A stretch of DNA of 63,496 nucleotides, filler included, from Octopus bimaculoides (Eukaryota), in the NCBI RefSeq assembly GCF_001194135.2. It is 5 parts of 5 records of this genome, joined end to end, with 100 filler letters (N's around TTAATTAATTAA, not from the genome) between each part and the next. Parts side by side here need not be neighbours in the genome. Positions count along the whole stretch, not along the records: positions 1 to 22,158 come from NC_068988.1; 4 more parts are not named here. One strand, given 5' to 3'. Below, one piece after another: positions 1-13,523 of the stretch. The first letter of the stretch is position 1, and each line of letters starts with the position of its first letter. The notes beneath the pieces were generated by a model, which saw nothing but the letters and a program-made list of their open reading frames with translations, did no database searches and had not been told where the DNA came from. A program made the position numbers and the translations under genes.

Positions 1-34
<34 letters not shown>

Positions 35-354
35 ACGATTGCCAAAGGCGGACAAAAGAATAATTACCATCACCTTTCCTGCTTCCTTCACCCTCGACCA
101 CCTCAGATTTCACCACCTTGTACACATATGTACCGCACATACACACACACACACATTACACATGGACAGAAGCATAGATATGTGTGTGGTGGAGTATACC
201 TGTGTCTTCCCCTATTTCTTCTCTCATCACCGTCGCGCTGTCACAACGTTTATACTGGCAAGCCATAAACTCAACCGCAATCACACACACACACACACAT
301 GAGGGCGCGTACCTCTTGTTCTATAGTTATGTATAATGTGAATGTGTGTGTATA

Positions 355-394
<40 letters not shown>

Positions 395-492
395 TTTAAA
401 AAAACACAAAAAACAATAACAAAAAAACAACAAAGTGAGGACGTGATACGGATAGTGTTATTGGACGCTCGGGAAAGGAAGGAGAGAGAGTA

Positions 493-520
493 TGACGTTT
501 CGGGCGGAGCCCTTCATCGG
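493..520 (-). ncRNA. Minimal hammerhead-ribozyme-like motif (PLE/retrozyme type)
   Basis: Minus strand reads CCGATGA-A-GGGC-TCC-GCCC-GAAAC-GTC: core-like CCGAUGA (U4C relative to CUGAUGA), stem II hairpin, GAAA, palindromic ACGT stem III and a GUC triplet. Stem I pairing is not evident. Confidence 0.45.
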
Positions 521-607
521 GAAGACAGAAAGTTCGGATATATATATATATATATATAAATATGTTTCTCTCTCCTCCTCTCTCTGTATATGACTGTATA
601 TGTATGT

Positions 608-638
<31 letters not shown>

Positions 639-964
639 CGTATGTACTACATGCATACCAACCGTTTGTCTTCAATCAGCAGGTACAAAACACTTCCGGG
701 CCCTTATCATTCTCTTACTGACGATGACGATGAAGATGATGATGATGATGATGTTATTGATGTTGCTACCACTGCTGATCATCATCATCATCATCATCAT
801 CATTAATAAACAATCTTATTCGTTTATTGACAACTAGAGGGAGACTGAGTGTAATATTGGTGATGGTGTTTAAAGAACCCCATTTTGACTCCACTCCAAG
901 ACAGTTGTGGAATTGGAGAGCAGCAACGAATTAGATCAGCCCCCAATACATTACTGGTTATTAA

Positions 965-1098
965 AGCAGAGAGCTGGCAGAGTCGTTACCGCGCCAGGCA
1001 AAATGCTTTAATGTTCTGAGTTCAAATTCTGTGGAGGTCGACTTAACCTTTCATCCTCTCGGAATCGGTAAAATATGTACCAGTCGAGCACTGGAGTC
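965..1098 (+). mobile_element. SINE family B fragment (tRNA-derived)
   Basis: gagctggcagagtcgtt...gttctgagttcaaattc...gaggtcgact...tttcatcct matches copies at 2008, 16650 and 17736. Confidence 0.8.
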
Positions 1099-1120
1099 CC
1101 GCGCTCTTCTGGCAAATAGT

Positions 1121-1481
1121 TGTTGTTGGCACTCCGTCGCTTACGACGTCGAGGGTTTCAATTTATCCGATCAACGGAACAGCCTGCTCGTGAAATTAAC
1201 GTGCAAGTGGCTGAGCACTCCACAGACACGTGTACCCTTAGCGTGACACAGTGTGACAAAGCTGACCCTTTGAATTACAGGTACAGCAAAAACAGGAAGT
1301 AAGAGTGAGAGAAAGTTGTGGTGAATGAGTACAGCAGGGTTCGCCACCATCCCCTGTCGGAGCCTCGTGGATCTTTAGGTGTTTTCGCTCAAAAAAACAC
1401 TCACAACGCCCGGTCTGGGAATCGAAACCGCGATCCTATGACCGCGAGTCCGCTGCCCTAACTACTGGGCCATTGCGCCTC
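1121..1481 (-). mobile_element. SINE family C, apparently full length
   Basis: Minus strand begins gaggcgcaatggcccagtagttagggcagcggactc (A-box-like) and ggtttcgattcc (B-box-like), and ends in an (AAC)n tail. A similar tail occurs near 18880-18945. Confidence 0.75.
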
Positions 1482-1849
1482 CCTCTGGCAAATAAACCAC
1501 TATCATTACTACCGCCGCCGCCGCCGGCACTATCATTCTCATTATTATTGATGTTTATGTTCGAAACGTCAAATATACTATCGTCGAAAGTGATAAATAA
1601 AACTGCTTCAAAACAATTATATAAGCATAAGCATTGATCATACAAGTAGCTGATGATGATAATGATCTCTAATAATAATAGGTAGTAATAGTAATAATTA
1701 TAGTTATTATAATTAATGATAATTTATGATAATAAATATTATGAATGGGATTCCGCAGCATTGGAAATTAGTAACAGAATAGCAACAATAATGATTTATA
1801 AATGATAACGAATAACAACAACAACAATAATGATAATTATAATTCTTTC

Positions 1850-1958
1850 TACCATAAGTAGAAGACCTGAACTTTTGTGGGAGGGAGGTGGACTTATTGG
1901 TTACATTGATCCCAGTGATTCGACTCGTGCTTATTTTATCGATCCTGAAAAGATGAAA
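1850..1958 (-). mobile_element. SINE family B 3' fragment
   Basis: Reverse complement of the tttcatc...gatcgataaaataag...ctgggatcaatgtaa motif. Confidence 0.65.
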
Positions 1959-2007
1959 TAGGTAGTAACAGTAATAATTATAGTTATTATAATTAATGAT
2001 AATGTAT

Positions 2008-2196
2008 AAGGCGACGAGCACGCATACCGCTTAAGCACTTCGCCAGTCGCTACGTTCTGAGTTCAAATTCCGCCGAGGTCGACTTTGCCTTTCATCCTTT
2101 CGGAGTCGATAAATTAAGTACCAGTTGCGTACTGGGTCGATCTAATCGACTGGCCCCTTCTCCCAAAATTTCGGGATTTGTGCCTAGAGTAGAAAA
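2008..2196 (+). mobile_element. SINE family B, near full length
   Basis: aaggcgacgag...gttctgagttcaaattccgccgaggtcgactttgcctttcatcctttcggagtcgataaattaagtaccag...gtgcctagagtagaaaa. Confidence 0.85.
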
Positions 2197-2204
2197 TATT
2201 CTTT

Positions 2205-2505
2205 CTAGTGAAGGCACAAAGTCTGAATTTTTGAGGGGAGGCGCTCGTCGACTACATCGACTCCCTTGTTCAACTGGTACTTATTTTATCGACCCTGAAA
2301 AGATGAGAGACAAAGTCAGTTTCGGCGGAATTTGAACTCAGAACTTAAAGACAGACGAAATGCCACTAGAATAAGTACTAGGCTAAAAAAAAAAAAAAAA
2401 TAGAAAAAAAAAAAATAGCACTGGAGTTGATTCATTCGACTAAAATTTCTTCAAGGCGGTGCCCCAGCATGGCCGCATTTTAATGACAGCTACAAATAAA
2501 AGATA
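2205..2505. mobile_element. Adjacent SINE B (minus) and SINE A 3' part (plus)
   Basis: 2205-2365 is the reverse complement of the family B body. 2368-2505 matches the family A tail (agaataagtactaggct...cgactaaaa...ggtgccccagcatggcc). Confidence 0.7.
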
Positions 2506-4083
2506 TGAACGTGTAAAATCCCCCTTCAGCTATGGCCAATCAAAGAACCGCTCGGATCCAGGATCACTTTGATCGCCAAGTCTACAAATAATAATAATAA
2601 TAATAATAATGATAATAATTTCTTTCTTAATAGCGAGAATTATAACGATGGCGACGAAGATGAATTGTAATGGTGGTGACGATAATATGGTGACAATGAT
2701 ATTACTGGTGATGGTGATGTTGATGATTATGATGGCGGTAATCTGAAGATGAACGATAATGCTGCTGCTACTTATGATATTGATATTGATATTTAATCGA
2801 AGTAATAAATCTTCTTTTGATAATTCAATATCAAATGGCTTAACTGAGAATTAAACACAATTTCTAAAAAAAAAACAAACAAAAAAACCCCCAAAAAACT
2901 AACAACAAGAAGAATTATAAAGAACTTGATGAATAGTAGTGGGAGGTGGTTATATTCGTTACGAGGTGGGGTTGGGTTACGTACCCCTTTTTTGCTCTGC
3001 TTATAACCCCTCCACATCATCCTTAACGTCGTCTACCTGATTTGAAGGAACAACGTCCCGATCTCCCGCCTTTTCTGCACTCGCTCTCTCTAACAGTTTT
3101 ACCCAGAATTCTATTTCGATTGCTGAGCCCTTTCTACCTCTCTCACACGCCCCATCATCATTCCTTTCTATATTTATATTTCACCCACTCCTTTTTCATC
3201 AGCTTTTCCCTTCAGCCCACCCGTATCACACTTGGCACTCCCACCCTAAACCAGTTGATTTATTGGAAAGGAATTGGCCTGGATCTTTTACTTCATTTCC
3301 TTTCCTTTCTTTTTTCTTCCTCCTCAATTTCTTTACTATACAGGGTTCTCTCATGTACTCATATATCTCTTAACAAACACCTTCAACCAATCGGCTTTTG
3401 CTTCCGTTTACACGCATAAACGTACGCGCGAGTCTTTGTGTCTGCGTTTGTATGTGTCTGCACATCTCACATGCACTCACATACAGGACCACACATAAAC
3501 ACACACGCATATATATATATNNNNNNNNNNNNNNNNNNNNNNNNNNNNNNNNNNNNNNNNNNNNNNNNNNNNNNNNNNNNNNNNNNNNNNNNNNNNNNNN
3601 NNNNNNNNNNNNNNNNNNNNNNNNNNNNNNNNNNNNNNNNNNNNNNNNNNNNNNNNNNNNNNNNNNNNNNNNNNNNNNNNNNNNNNNNNNNNNNNNNNNN
3701 NNNNNNNNNNNNNNNNNNNNNNNNNNNNNNNNNNNNNNNNNNNNNNNNNNNNNNNNNNNNNNNNNNNNNNNNNNNNNNNNNNNNNNNNNNNNNNNNNNNN
3801 NNNNNNNNNNNNNNNNNNNNNNNNNNNNNNNNNNNNNNNNNNNNNNNNNNNNNNNNNNNNNNNNNNNNNNNNNNNNNNNNNNNNNNNNNNNNNNNNNNNN
3901 NNNNNNNNNNNNNNNNNNNNNNNNNNNNNNNNNNNNNNNNNNNNNNNNNNNNNNNNNNNNNNNNNNNNNNNNNNNNNNNNNNNNNNNNNNNNNNNNNNNN
4001 NNNNNNNNNNNNNNNNNNNNNNNNNNNNNNNNNNNNNNNNNNNNNNNNNNNNNNNNNNNNNNNNNNNNNNNNNNNNNNNNNNN

Positions 4084-4114
<31 letters not shown>

Positions 4115-4802
4115 TGCGCGCGGACACACTATCTCTCACATACAGGAACACCCGCATCCCTTTCACACCGTACACGAACCCCTGCTTCTCATTCCCTCTC
4201 ACACAAGCACACATAATCTCACACAAAACATTAAACTACCCTTAACATCCAAAGATCTCCCAAAATCAACCAATCAAATCAAAGTCCAGATCTCTCCTCC
4301 CATCCCCCGCTCTTCTCGCTCGTAATTTCCTCTTATCCTGGATATCCCAAACTAATTGATCTCTCCCCATACTGCGCCTCATGATTACCGCTCATGTCTC
4401 TTTACTTCGAATCAACCTCTAGTTCAGTGTTTCTCGTGGGGATTGCGGAACCGTGAGAACTACAGAAAAAGGGAACTGGCAAATTGCTATGTTTTGATGA
4501 ATTTAAAGATGGTTTTATCCTTGTTAAGCAATATAGCTAACGAAGGACGAACGATAGGGAGCCAAACTCTTCTTGGAAGACAATGGGACAAGCCTGGGGG
4601 TAACGTGAGTACATCATTGATGAAGTTGCGAATGACGACCAAAGGACCCTAGCCGATTGATTGATTGATTGACTGATTGATTGATTGACTGAACGATTAA
4701 TCAAGCAATCGATTATTTAATTGGTTAATAGATGGGAAGGTCACGACTGGAACGTCTTAACTCATATCTGCTGAACCAGAACCGGCCTAGGTTAAGCAAT
4801 TG

Positions 4803-4834
<32 letters not shown>

Positions 4835-5061
4835 ATATAGTACTCTTTTATTGGTCATAACAAATCTGTTACTCTCAGTTTCATCAACTCAGTTACGAAT
4901 TTAATTGATTTGTTGAAACTAATAGTAACAGATAAGTCATAAAGCATCGCACTTTTGAAAGGTCGCTCATGGCCGTTGATAGTAAATATATCAATAGTGA
5001 AAGGGACAGTTTTGAAGGATACAAATCTGATTAAATTATAAGAAAAAAAACAATAAATAAA

Positions 5062-5487
5062 GTGAAGTATATTTGTCACTTAAATGCGGCTAACTACTAA
5101 GGGTGAATGCTACTGTAGCTTTTAGCCCCAGGAGAACATCTCCTCCAGCTGGCTATTGACACACTTTCGTGCCCTGTCGATATTTGCAAAGGGAGGTCAT
5201 CCTTCACATCGTCGATCTGACGTGATACGCACGGACCCGGGTTTCTGGGTATTTACCCTTCGTCAGCGTACGACAATCACCGATCTTCGATGCGAAGGGC
5301 TCCCAATGCAAATACATATATCCTTTTTTCCAGTGACGAAAATTCACTGATCTCGAAAAAGTGTAAACAAGCAATGTTAAATCTCTGAACGAGGTATAAA
5401 CAGCAACTGCACGACAACGTGAAGTATATTTGCCACTTAAATGTGGCTAAACCCTAAGGATGAATGCTACTGTAGCTTTTAGCCCCA
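5062..5487 (+). repeat. Pair of ~69-bp degenerate direct repeats flanking ~290 bp
   Basis: gtgaagtatatttg(t/c)cacttaaatg(c/t)ggctaa...tgaatgctactgtagcttttagcccca at 5062-5130 and 5419-5487. Confidence 0.85.
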
Positions 5488-5854
5488 GTGTTCGGTTTGT
5501 TTTTAAGCAGACTTCTTGCGTGTACGTGTCAGCAAGACAACATATCTTTCAGATACTGTTGTGCACTGTAGACCCAACTCATATTTTGTGCACACTTTAA
5601 TAAAGTAGGTTACTGGTATGAACAGGTACAATTAAACTCTCAAGGTATCGAAACGAGACGTTGCACGTTCAAACCTAACCTCATATTATGTATGTTTGTT
5701 TCAATTAATTCATTTGACAAAGTCTATCAATTTGATTTAGTTATATTTTGTTTCAATATTTGACAATTATTTGTAAACGAATATTAACTACCAGATTCAG
5801 TAACAAGTTTAATATTAATTTCAAATTTTGGCATAATGCCAGCAATTCCAGGGC

Positions 5855-6010
5855 AAGGGTAAGTCGATTGCACCGACCGCAGTATCCAAGAGGTATATAT
5901 TTTATCGACCCAGAAAGGATGAAAGGTAAACTCAACTACTGCGGAATTTGAACTTGAAACCTGAAGACGGACGAAATGCCGTTAAGCATTTCACCCGGTG
6001 TGCTCACGAA
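5855..6010 (-). mobile_element. SINE family B, decayed
   Basis: tttatcgacccagaaaggatgaaaggtaaactcaactactgcggaatttgaact is the reverse complement of the family B body. Confidence 0.75.
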
Positions 6011-6669
6011 ATTATAAGTTTATTATAAGTTTATAAGTATTGACCTACTGAATTTTGTTTGTGAGGTTTGGTATAAAATTGTGTATTAAAATCATGTTAA
6101 AGTAATCTCTTCTTGTGTGAAAATCCATCTGTATATAAACCACAGCAATGACAGACAAAATCTTCAATTTCCAACATGTTACAACTACTGGCAAGTGGGC
6201 TTCTTCTTCTCTTGGTTTCTTAGACACCTGAAGACTATTAATGAATAAATCGATCGAACTTGAGTGCGGAAGACATAGAAACACGAAACGGAAAGAGTTA
6301 AATAAATGATAAAGAAAATTTAAACTAAATATTGTGGAAGTGAATTCTATCGCATAAAATTTTACAAATCGTAGCTGCATCTTAACCAAAATGGACAGTC
6401 GACTCTACTCCTTTCTCTAACCTCTTGAAACCCCTCCCCCACATCACCTCACAAACCTGCCTCGCAATAGCAACAACAATAGGTTCAAGAAGGAGAAAGA
6501 CAAGCGCTCCGTCACCCACCACATACCCGTGACATCGGAAACCCCTTACCACCATGTTCACCTCTGACCGTGGCACACACCCAATTTGCGTGTTGGGAGG
6601 TTCAATCTCGCGTCACCTATACCGAGTTAATCTGACTTAATCTTGCAAATTGATCAATCAACGGTGGTA

Positions 6670-7866
<1,197 letters not shown>

Positions 7867-7984
7867 TGCGAGTACTGGCTCTTTATCAACTCATTTAGAG
7901 CTTCCTGGAATAGAAAAGATGCCGATGGTGTATCGCCTGCCGTGCGGTTGTCGTATTTGTGGTAGTAGTATTGTGCTGGTCTAT

Positions 7985-8302
7985 TTGTAATGTTATTGTT
8001 GTTGTTGTTGTTGTTCTTGCTGCTGTACTCTCTGCTCTTTCTGTAATTCTCCTTCATGTTGTTGTTGTTGTTGTTGTTGTTGTCCGTCAAGCTACAGCGT
8101 ATTTGTACGCCTTCTTCATTTGTTTTCTATTATTGTTCTTTTTTATTTTCCTCTTTTCTCCTTGTAGTAATAGCAGTGGAAGCAGCCGTAGTAGCGGGGG
8201 TGAGAGTGGGAGTGATGACAATGATAATAGTGGTAGCCAAATTAGTAGTCGTGGTGATGACAGAAGTGATGGTAGCAGTAGCAATGACAGTAGTAGTAGT
8301 AA

Positions 8303-8366
<64 letters not shown>

Positions 8367-8460
8367 TGTAGTAGTAGTTGTAGTAGTAGCGGTGGTGGTG
8401 GTGATAGTAGTAGTGATGGTGGTGGTAGTAGTAGTAGTAGTAGTATTAATGGTAGTTTTA
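7985..8460. repeat. (GTT)n and (GTA/GTG)n trinucleotide microsatellites
   Basis: Direct observation. Confidence 0.9.
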
Positions 8461-8918
8461 GTAAAAGTAAGTACGCTCTTCACCTAACACGCAACTATTT
8501 AATTATTAACACAAAAAAAATTTTAAGAGCTGCTGGACTGGCTAGGGTACAAAAGGCTATTCCACACGTTTAAGTTATCAATCAATTTCATATATATATA
8601 TATATATATAAATATATNNNNNNNNNNNNNNNNNNNNNNNNNNNNNNNNNNNNNNNNNNNNNNNNNNNNNNNNNNNNNNNNNNNNNNNNNNNNNNNNNNN
8701 NNNNNNNNNNNNNNNNNNNNNNNNNNNNNNNNNNNNNNNNNNNNNNNNNNNNNNNNNNNNNNNNNNNNNNNNNNNNNNNNNNNNNNNNNNNNNNNNNNNN
8801 NNNNNNNNNNNNNNNNNNNNNNNNNNNNNNNNNNNNNNNNNNNNNNNNNNNNNNNNNNNNNNNNNNNNNNNNNNNNNNNNNNNNNNNNNNNNNNNNNNNN
8901 NNNNNNNNNAAGACCACA

Positions 8919-9293
8919 GGAGTGGCTGAGTGGTAAGAAACTTGCTTCCTAACTGCGTGGTTCCGGGTTCAGTCCCACTGCGTGGCACCTTTTGCAAATG
9001 TCTTCTACTATAGCCTCGGGCCGACCAAAGCCTTGTGGGTGGATTTGGTAGACGAAAACTAAAAAAGAAGCCCGTCGTGTATATATATATATGTGTATAT
9101 CTGCGTCTGTCCCCATCACCGCTTAACAACACATGTTGGAGTGTCTATATCACCGTAACATAGCGATTCGCCTAAAGAGACCGATAGAATAAGTGCCGAG
9201 TATTGGGGTTGATTTATTCGACTAAAATTCTTCAAAGGAGTGCCCCAGTATGGCCGTAGTCTAATGACCGAAACAAGTAAAAGAATAAAAGAA
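8919..9293 (+). mobile_element. SINE family A, full length (tRNA head, CORE-like start, internal TA/TG microsatellite, tail)
   Basis: ggagtggctgagtggtaag (A box), ggttccgggttcagtccc (B box), then the body shared with 22341-22747, ending in aaagaataaaagaa. Confidence 0.85.
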
Positions 9294-9857
9294 TGTATAG
9301 TGTATTGTTCGTGTGTTGACAGGTTCAGCGAAATAAAGCACTCGATAAATTTGAGAGTTAATATTTTGCATGCAATGTCTTATTTGCAACAAATAACTTT
9401 CATGCTGAGAGGAAGATATCTGGTCCTGCTTAGATCAAGCTGTTGCAATCCAACTTGGCAATTATCAGACCTTGATCTCGGCTGGGTCAGGTATCTTCCG
9501 CCCAGCATGAAACTTACCGTATTTTGTTGCAAAGAAGATACTGCGCGTGTGTATGTGTGTGTGTTTATTCACTTGTGATCGCATTGGCGATATGAACTGG
9601 CGGAGAGATTGCATACGATCCAACTGCTAGTTCACTGTTGAAAGCACGGAAAACCGGAGGTTTCTAAGTGCTCGACTTTAGTCATTCCACCTGCCTGGAA
9701 GGTTTCTACAACAGATTATTATAGCTTCCAGAATTATATTATTTACAGAGTGCTGAATATTTATTGTGTAGGTGGGTCTTGGCATCAGATATAATCGACA
9801 GGACGTGCATACAGGTGTGCAAGTACCAATCTTTTATTAACCATGCTTTCTCATATT

Positions 9858-10140
9858 CTGGTTGCAACGGCAGTTAGGGTATTGCACTCATGACCGTAAA
9901 GTCGTGGTTTCGATTCTCGGACAGGGCGGCGCGTTTTAATCTTTAGTAAAACACTTCCATTTCTTGTTGTTCCAGTCCACTCAGCTGCAAATGAGTTCCA
10001 GCAATAGCTTGAGAGTTAACTCTGCGACGAATCGGCGTCCTGTTCAGGGATGGGGAGGAGTATTATGATCTCAGTTACTTATACGCCATGATAATCACGT
10101 TGACCTGCAGTCATATGAGTTCCTGGGGTCAGAACAGACC
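9858..10140 (+). mobile_element. SINE of a further family (tRNA head; Meta/CORE-like centre)
   Basis: ggtttcgattc B-box, then ttccagtccactcagctgcaaatgag and ctgcgacgaatcggcgtcctgttcaggg, which resemble conserved central/tail domains of animal SINE superfamilies. Family assignment is from memory. Confidence 0.55.
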
Positions 10141-10352
10141 ATAATCTAAATCCATGGAAATAATTTCAATATCTGATAGACCAGGGATTAGCAAAGTGAT
10201 AAATACTGACCTCTGAGGTGGTGGAGGTGGGGTTGTCTATGCAGTTATCCAAGGGGTCGATATTCCGACTATATCACTAGACCTGAATTTTGTGGGCTGG
10301 GGTGAGGCGTGTGGGAGGGTGCTAGTGGATTACATTAGTTGCAGCACTTAAA

Positions 10353-10858
10353 CTCTTTTACTCTTTTACTTGTTTCAGTCATTTGACTGTGGCCATGCTG
10401 GAGCACCACCTTTAGTCGAGCAAATCGACCCCAGGACTTATTCTTTGTAAGCCTAGTACTTATTCTATCGGTATCTTTTGCCGAACTGCTAAGTTACGGG
10501 GACNNNNNNNNNNNNNNNNNNNNNNNNNNNNNNNNNNNNNNNNNNNNNNNNNNNNNNNNNNNNNNNNNNNNNNNNNNNNNNNNNNNNNNNNNNNNNNNNN
10601 NNNNNNNNNNNNNNNNNNNNNNNNNNNNNNNNNNNNNNNNNNNNNNNNNNNNNNNNNNNNNNNNNNNNNNNNNNNNNNNNNNNNNNNNNNNNNNNNNNNN
10701 NNNNNNNNNNNNNNNNNNNNNNNNNNNNNNNNNNNNNNNNNNNNNNNNNNNNNNNNNNNNNNNNNNNNAGAAGACACTTACCCAAGGTGCTAACGCAGTG
10801 GGACTGAACCTGGAACCATGTGGTTCGTAAGCAAGCTACTTACCACACAGCCACTCCT
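10353..10858 (-). mobile_element. SINE family A with an assembly gap over its internal microsatellite
   Basis: The tail at 10353-10503 and head at 10770-10858 are reverse complements of 22341-22747. Confidence 0.85.
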
Positions 10859-10861
10859 ACG

Positions 10862-11000
10862 ATACTTATTTTATCGACCCCAAAAGGATAAAAGGCAAAG
10901 TCGACCTCGGCAGAACTTGAACTAAGAACAATAAAGCCGGAAGATATGCTGCTAAGCAATTTTTCCGGCGTGCTAACGATCCTGCCAGCTCGTCGCCTTA
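10862..11000 (-). mobile_element. SINE family B
   Basis: tttatcgaccccaaaaggataaaaggcaaagtcgacctcggc...gctaacgatcctgccagctcgtcgcctt. Confidence 0.8.
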
Positions 11001-11631
11001 ACTATAGCAAATATGATATGACTAAGTTTTTGTTGTTTATCAATTTCGTTGTGTATTTTAATTAAATTTCTTTAAATATTTCTTCTTCTAAAAAAAAAAA
11101 AAAAAGCGGTAATGCCTTAAAAGAACGAAAGAATTATTGTTTTGAAATCAAGAAATATTTCTCCTATTAATTATACTTTTTATTTTGTTTCAGAAATTTA
11201 TATGATAGGGTTCGACATGTTATCAACAATTGCACGAAAGGGTCATTGGGTCATTGACATAAGAAGTTTAGTGACCCCTTGTGATAGATTATTAGCATTG
11301 TTACCAACGACAACGGAGATTTGTACGAAAGTACACGTTATTTCAAAATATATTCTGAGAGAGAGAGGGGGGGGGAGATGGACAAAAGGCATTCTTCTCT
11401 CTATCACCATTCCACTTACTTTTTATGTGTGCATGCGCATGCGTACTTTGTCCATCTTGTAGTTCATTTGTGCATGTGTATATGTGTGTATATATGTGTT
11501 GTGGTGTATTGTTTAAACCAAGAAATTATACAATCTAGAAAATACACACACACACACACACACACACAGTGTTTGCATGTGTGTATGTGTGTGCGTGAGT
11601 GTAAGTATTCGGCTGTGCGTTTGATAGAGGA

Positions 11632-11632
11632 A

Positions 11633-11663
<31 letters not shown>

Positions 11664-11692
11664 AAGGGAGAGAGAGAGAGAAAGAGAAAGAA

Positions 11693-11742
<50 letters not shown>
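11632..11742. repeat. (GA)n microsatellite
   Basis: Direct observation. Confidence 0.95.
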
Positions 11743-11747
<5 letters not shown>

Positions 11748-12716
11748 AATATATCAGACTGAATAAAAATACAAAAACAAGAAATAAATATCTAAAATAA
11801 ATCGTGAAAATAGCAAGAAAAAAAGAACTAAAGCAAAAAAAAAAAAAACGCAAGCAAAAGAAAACTGATAATACAAAACAAATACAACAAAATGTAAATA
11901 AATTAACAAATACAGCAATCCTAGAACACGATATTACATTCTTTTAGACTGTGGTTCATCATGATGATGATGATGATGATGATGATGATCATCATCATCA
12001 TCATCACCATGACCATTACATTACACTCCTCTTCATACATCTCCGCCGTCGTCATCGTTACACACCACCATACATTATTACTATTGTGACATCACCACCA
12101 TCGTCTCCCCATCATTACCATCACCAGCAGCAGCAGCAGCAGCAGCAGCACCCCCACCCCCACCNNNNNNNNNNNNNNNNNNNNNNNNNNNNNNNNNNNN
12201 NNNNNNNNNNNNNNNNNNNNNNNNNNNNNNNNNNNNNNNNNNNNNNNNNNNNNNNNNNCCACCACCACCACCACGCACCACCACGCACCATCAGACGTCC
12301 ACACCACAAAAAATCTACCACACATAATTGCACATCATTATCAACTCGACCGAGTCTCTCTACACAAACACGATCATTCAACCTGCTACTAGAAATAGCA
12401 GCTAGATCTTCCTTAAATCATACCCTCAATGAGTTACAAAAGAACATGTCTGAGCCTGCGACCTTAGGTTTCATATGCAAAAGAAAAGGACGACATGGTC
12501 ACGGCCAGGAGGTTTCTGATCTTAGACCTGCTCGATCAAGGTTGACCTGGGGTTAAATGACAATGGCAATGACAGCAACATTTCAGACAAGGAATCCTCT
12601 CTATGTCGTCACTCAATCTGTAAGAAATGGTAGACAAATGTTCCTCAAATTACACATTACTACTTTGAGAATGGAAAAGATATATTAGATAATGTTGAAT
12701 CTATCTATCTACCTAC

Positions 12717-12775
<59 letters not shown>

Positions 12776-12984
12776 ATGCCGTCTTAAGGTACGGTCACAT
12801 TGAGTACTTGCTCGGAAATAGGAACTCATGAGTCTAGAAGCCCATCTTTTACTTGCTTTAGTGATTGGACGGCAGCGATGGTGGGGCACTTGACGTCTTG
12901 AAGGGTTTCTTAATCGAAAGAATCTACCATAGTATTTATTTTGAAGCCTGTAACTTCTATCACACTCTCTCTCTCTCTCTCTAT

Positions 12985-13080
12985 TGCGCGCGAATCGCCA
13001 AGTCATGGGGACGTAAAAAAACCAACACTGGTTGTCAAGGGGTAGTGGGGTACAAGCATAAGCATAAAGACACCACACAC

Positions 13081-13117
<37 letters not shown>

Positions 13118-13250
13118 GACGGGCTTCTTTCAGTTTCCGTCTACCAAATCCACTCAAGGCTTTGGTCGGCCTGAGACTATAGTAAAGACCCTTGCCCAAG
13201 GTGCCAGGCAGTAAGACTGAATCCAGAACCATGTGGTTGAGAAACAGCCA
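12985..13250 (-). mobile_element. SINE family A, decayed
   Basis: gacgggcttctttcagtttccgtctaccaaatccactc...cccaaggtgcc matches the reverse complement of the family A head and body. Confidence 0.8.
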
Positions 13251-13253
13251 TTC

Positions 13254-13327
<74 letters not shown>

Positions 13328-13484
13328 ATGTAAATATACATATCCCTTAAAAGACGGGATGGTCATGTCCGGAATATATTTGACCAGCTTGATCAGGGTT
13401 GATCTTGTGCTTGCTAAACAACAACAACAACAACAGTACCACAATTATCGCCGACATTTCCACAAACATATAATACCGCCGCTA

Positions 13485-13523
<39 letters not shown>

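Noticed and set aside
3370-4325. Long ORFs spanning N runs (also 13860-15198, 41749-42675, 44472-45675 in part, 61932-62854)
   Set aside because: Their length comes from untranslatable N gaps; the flanks are microsatellites or TE fragments.
7959-8573. 204-aa Ser/Val/Thr-rich ORF resembling a mucin or low-complexity protein
   Set aside because: It is fully explained by (GTT)n and (GTA)n microsatellites, with no splice or domain evidence.
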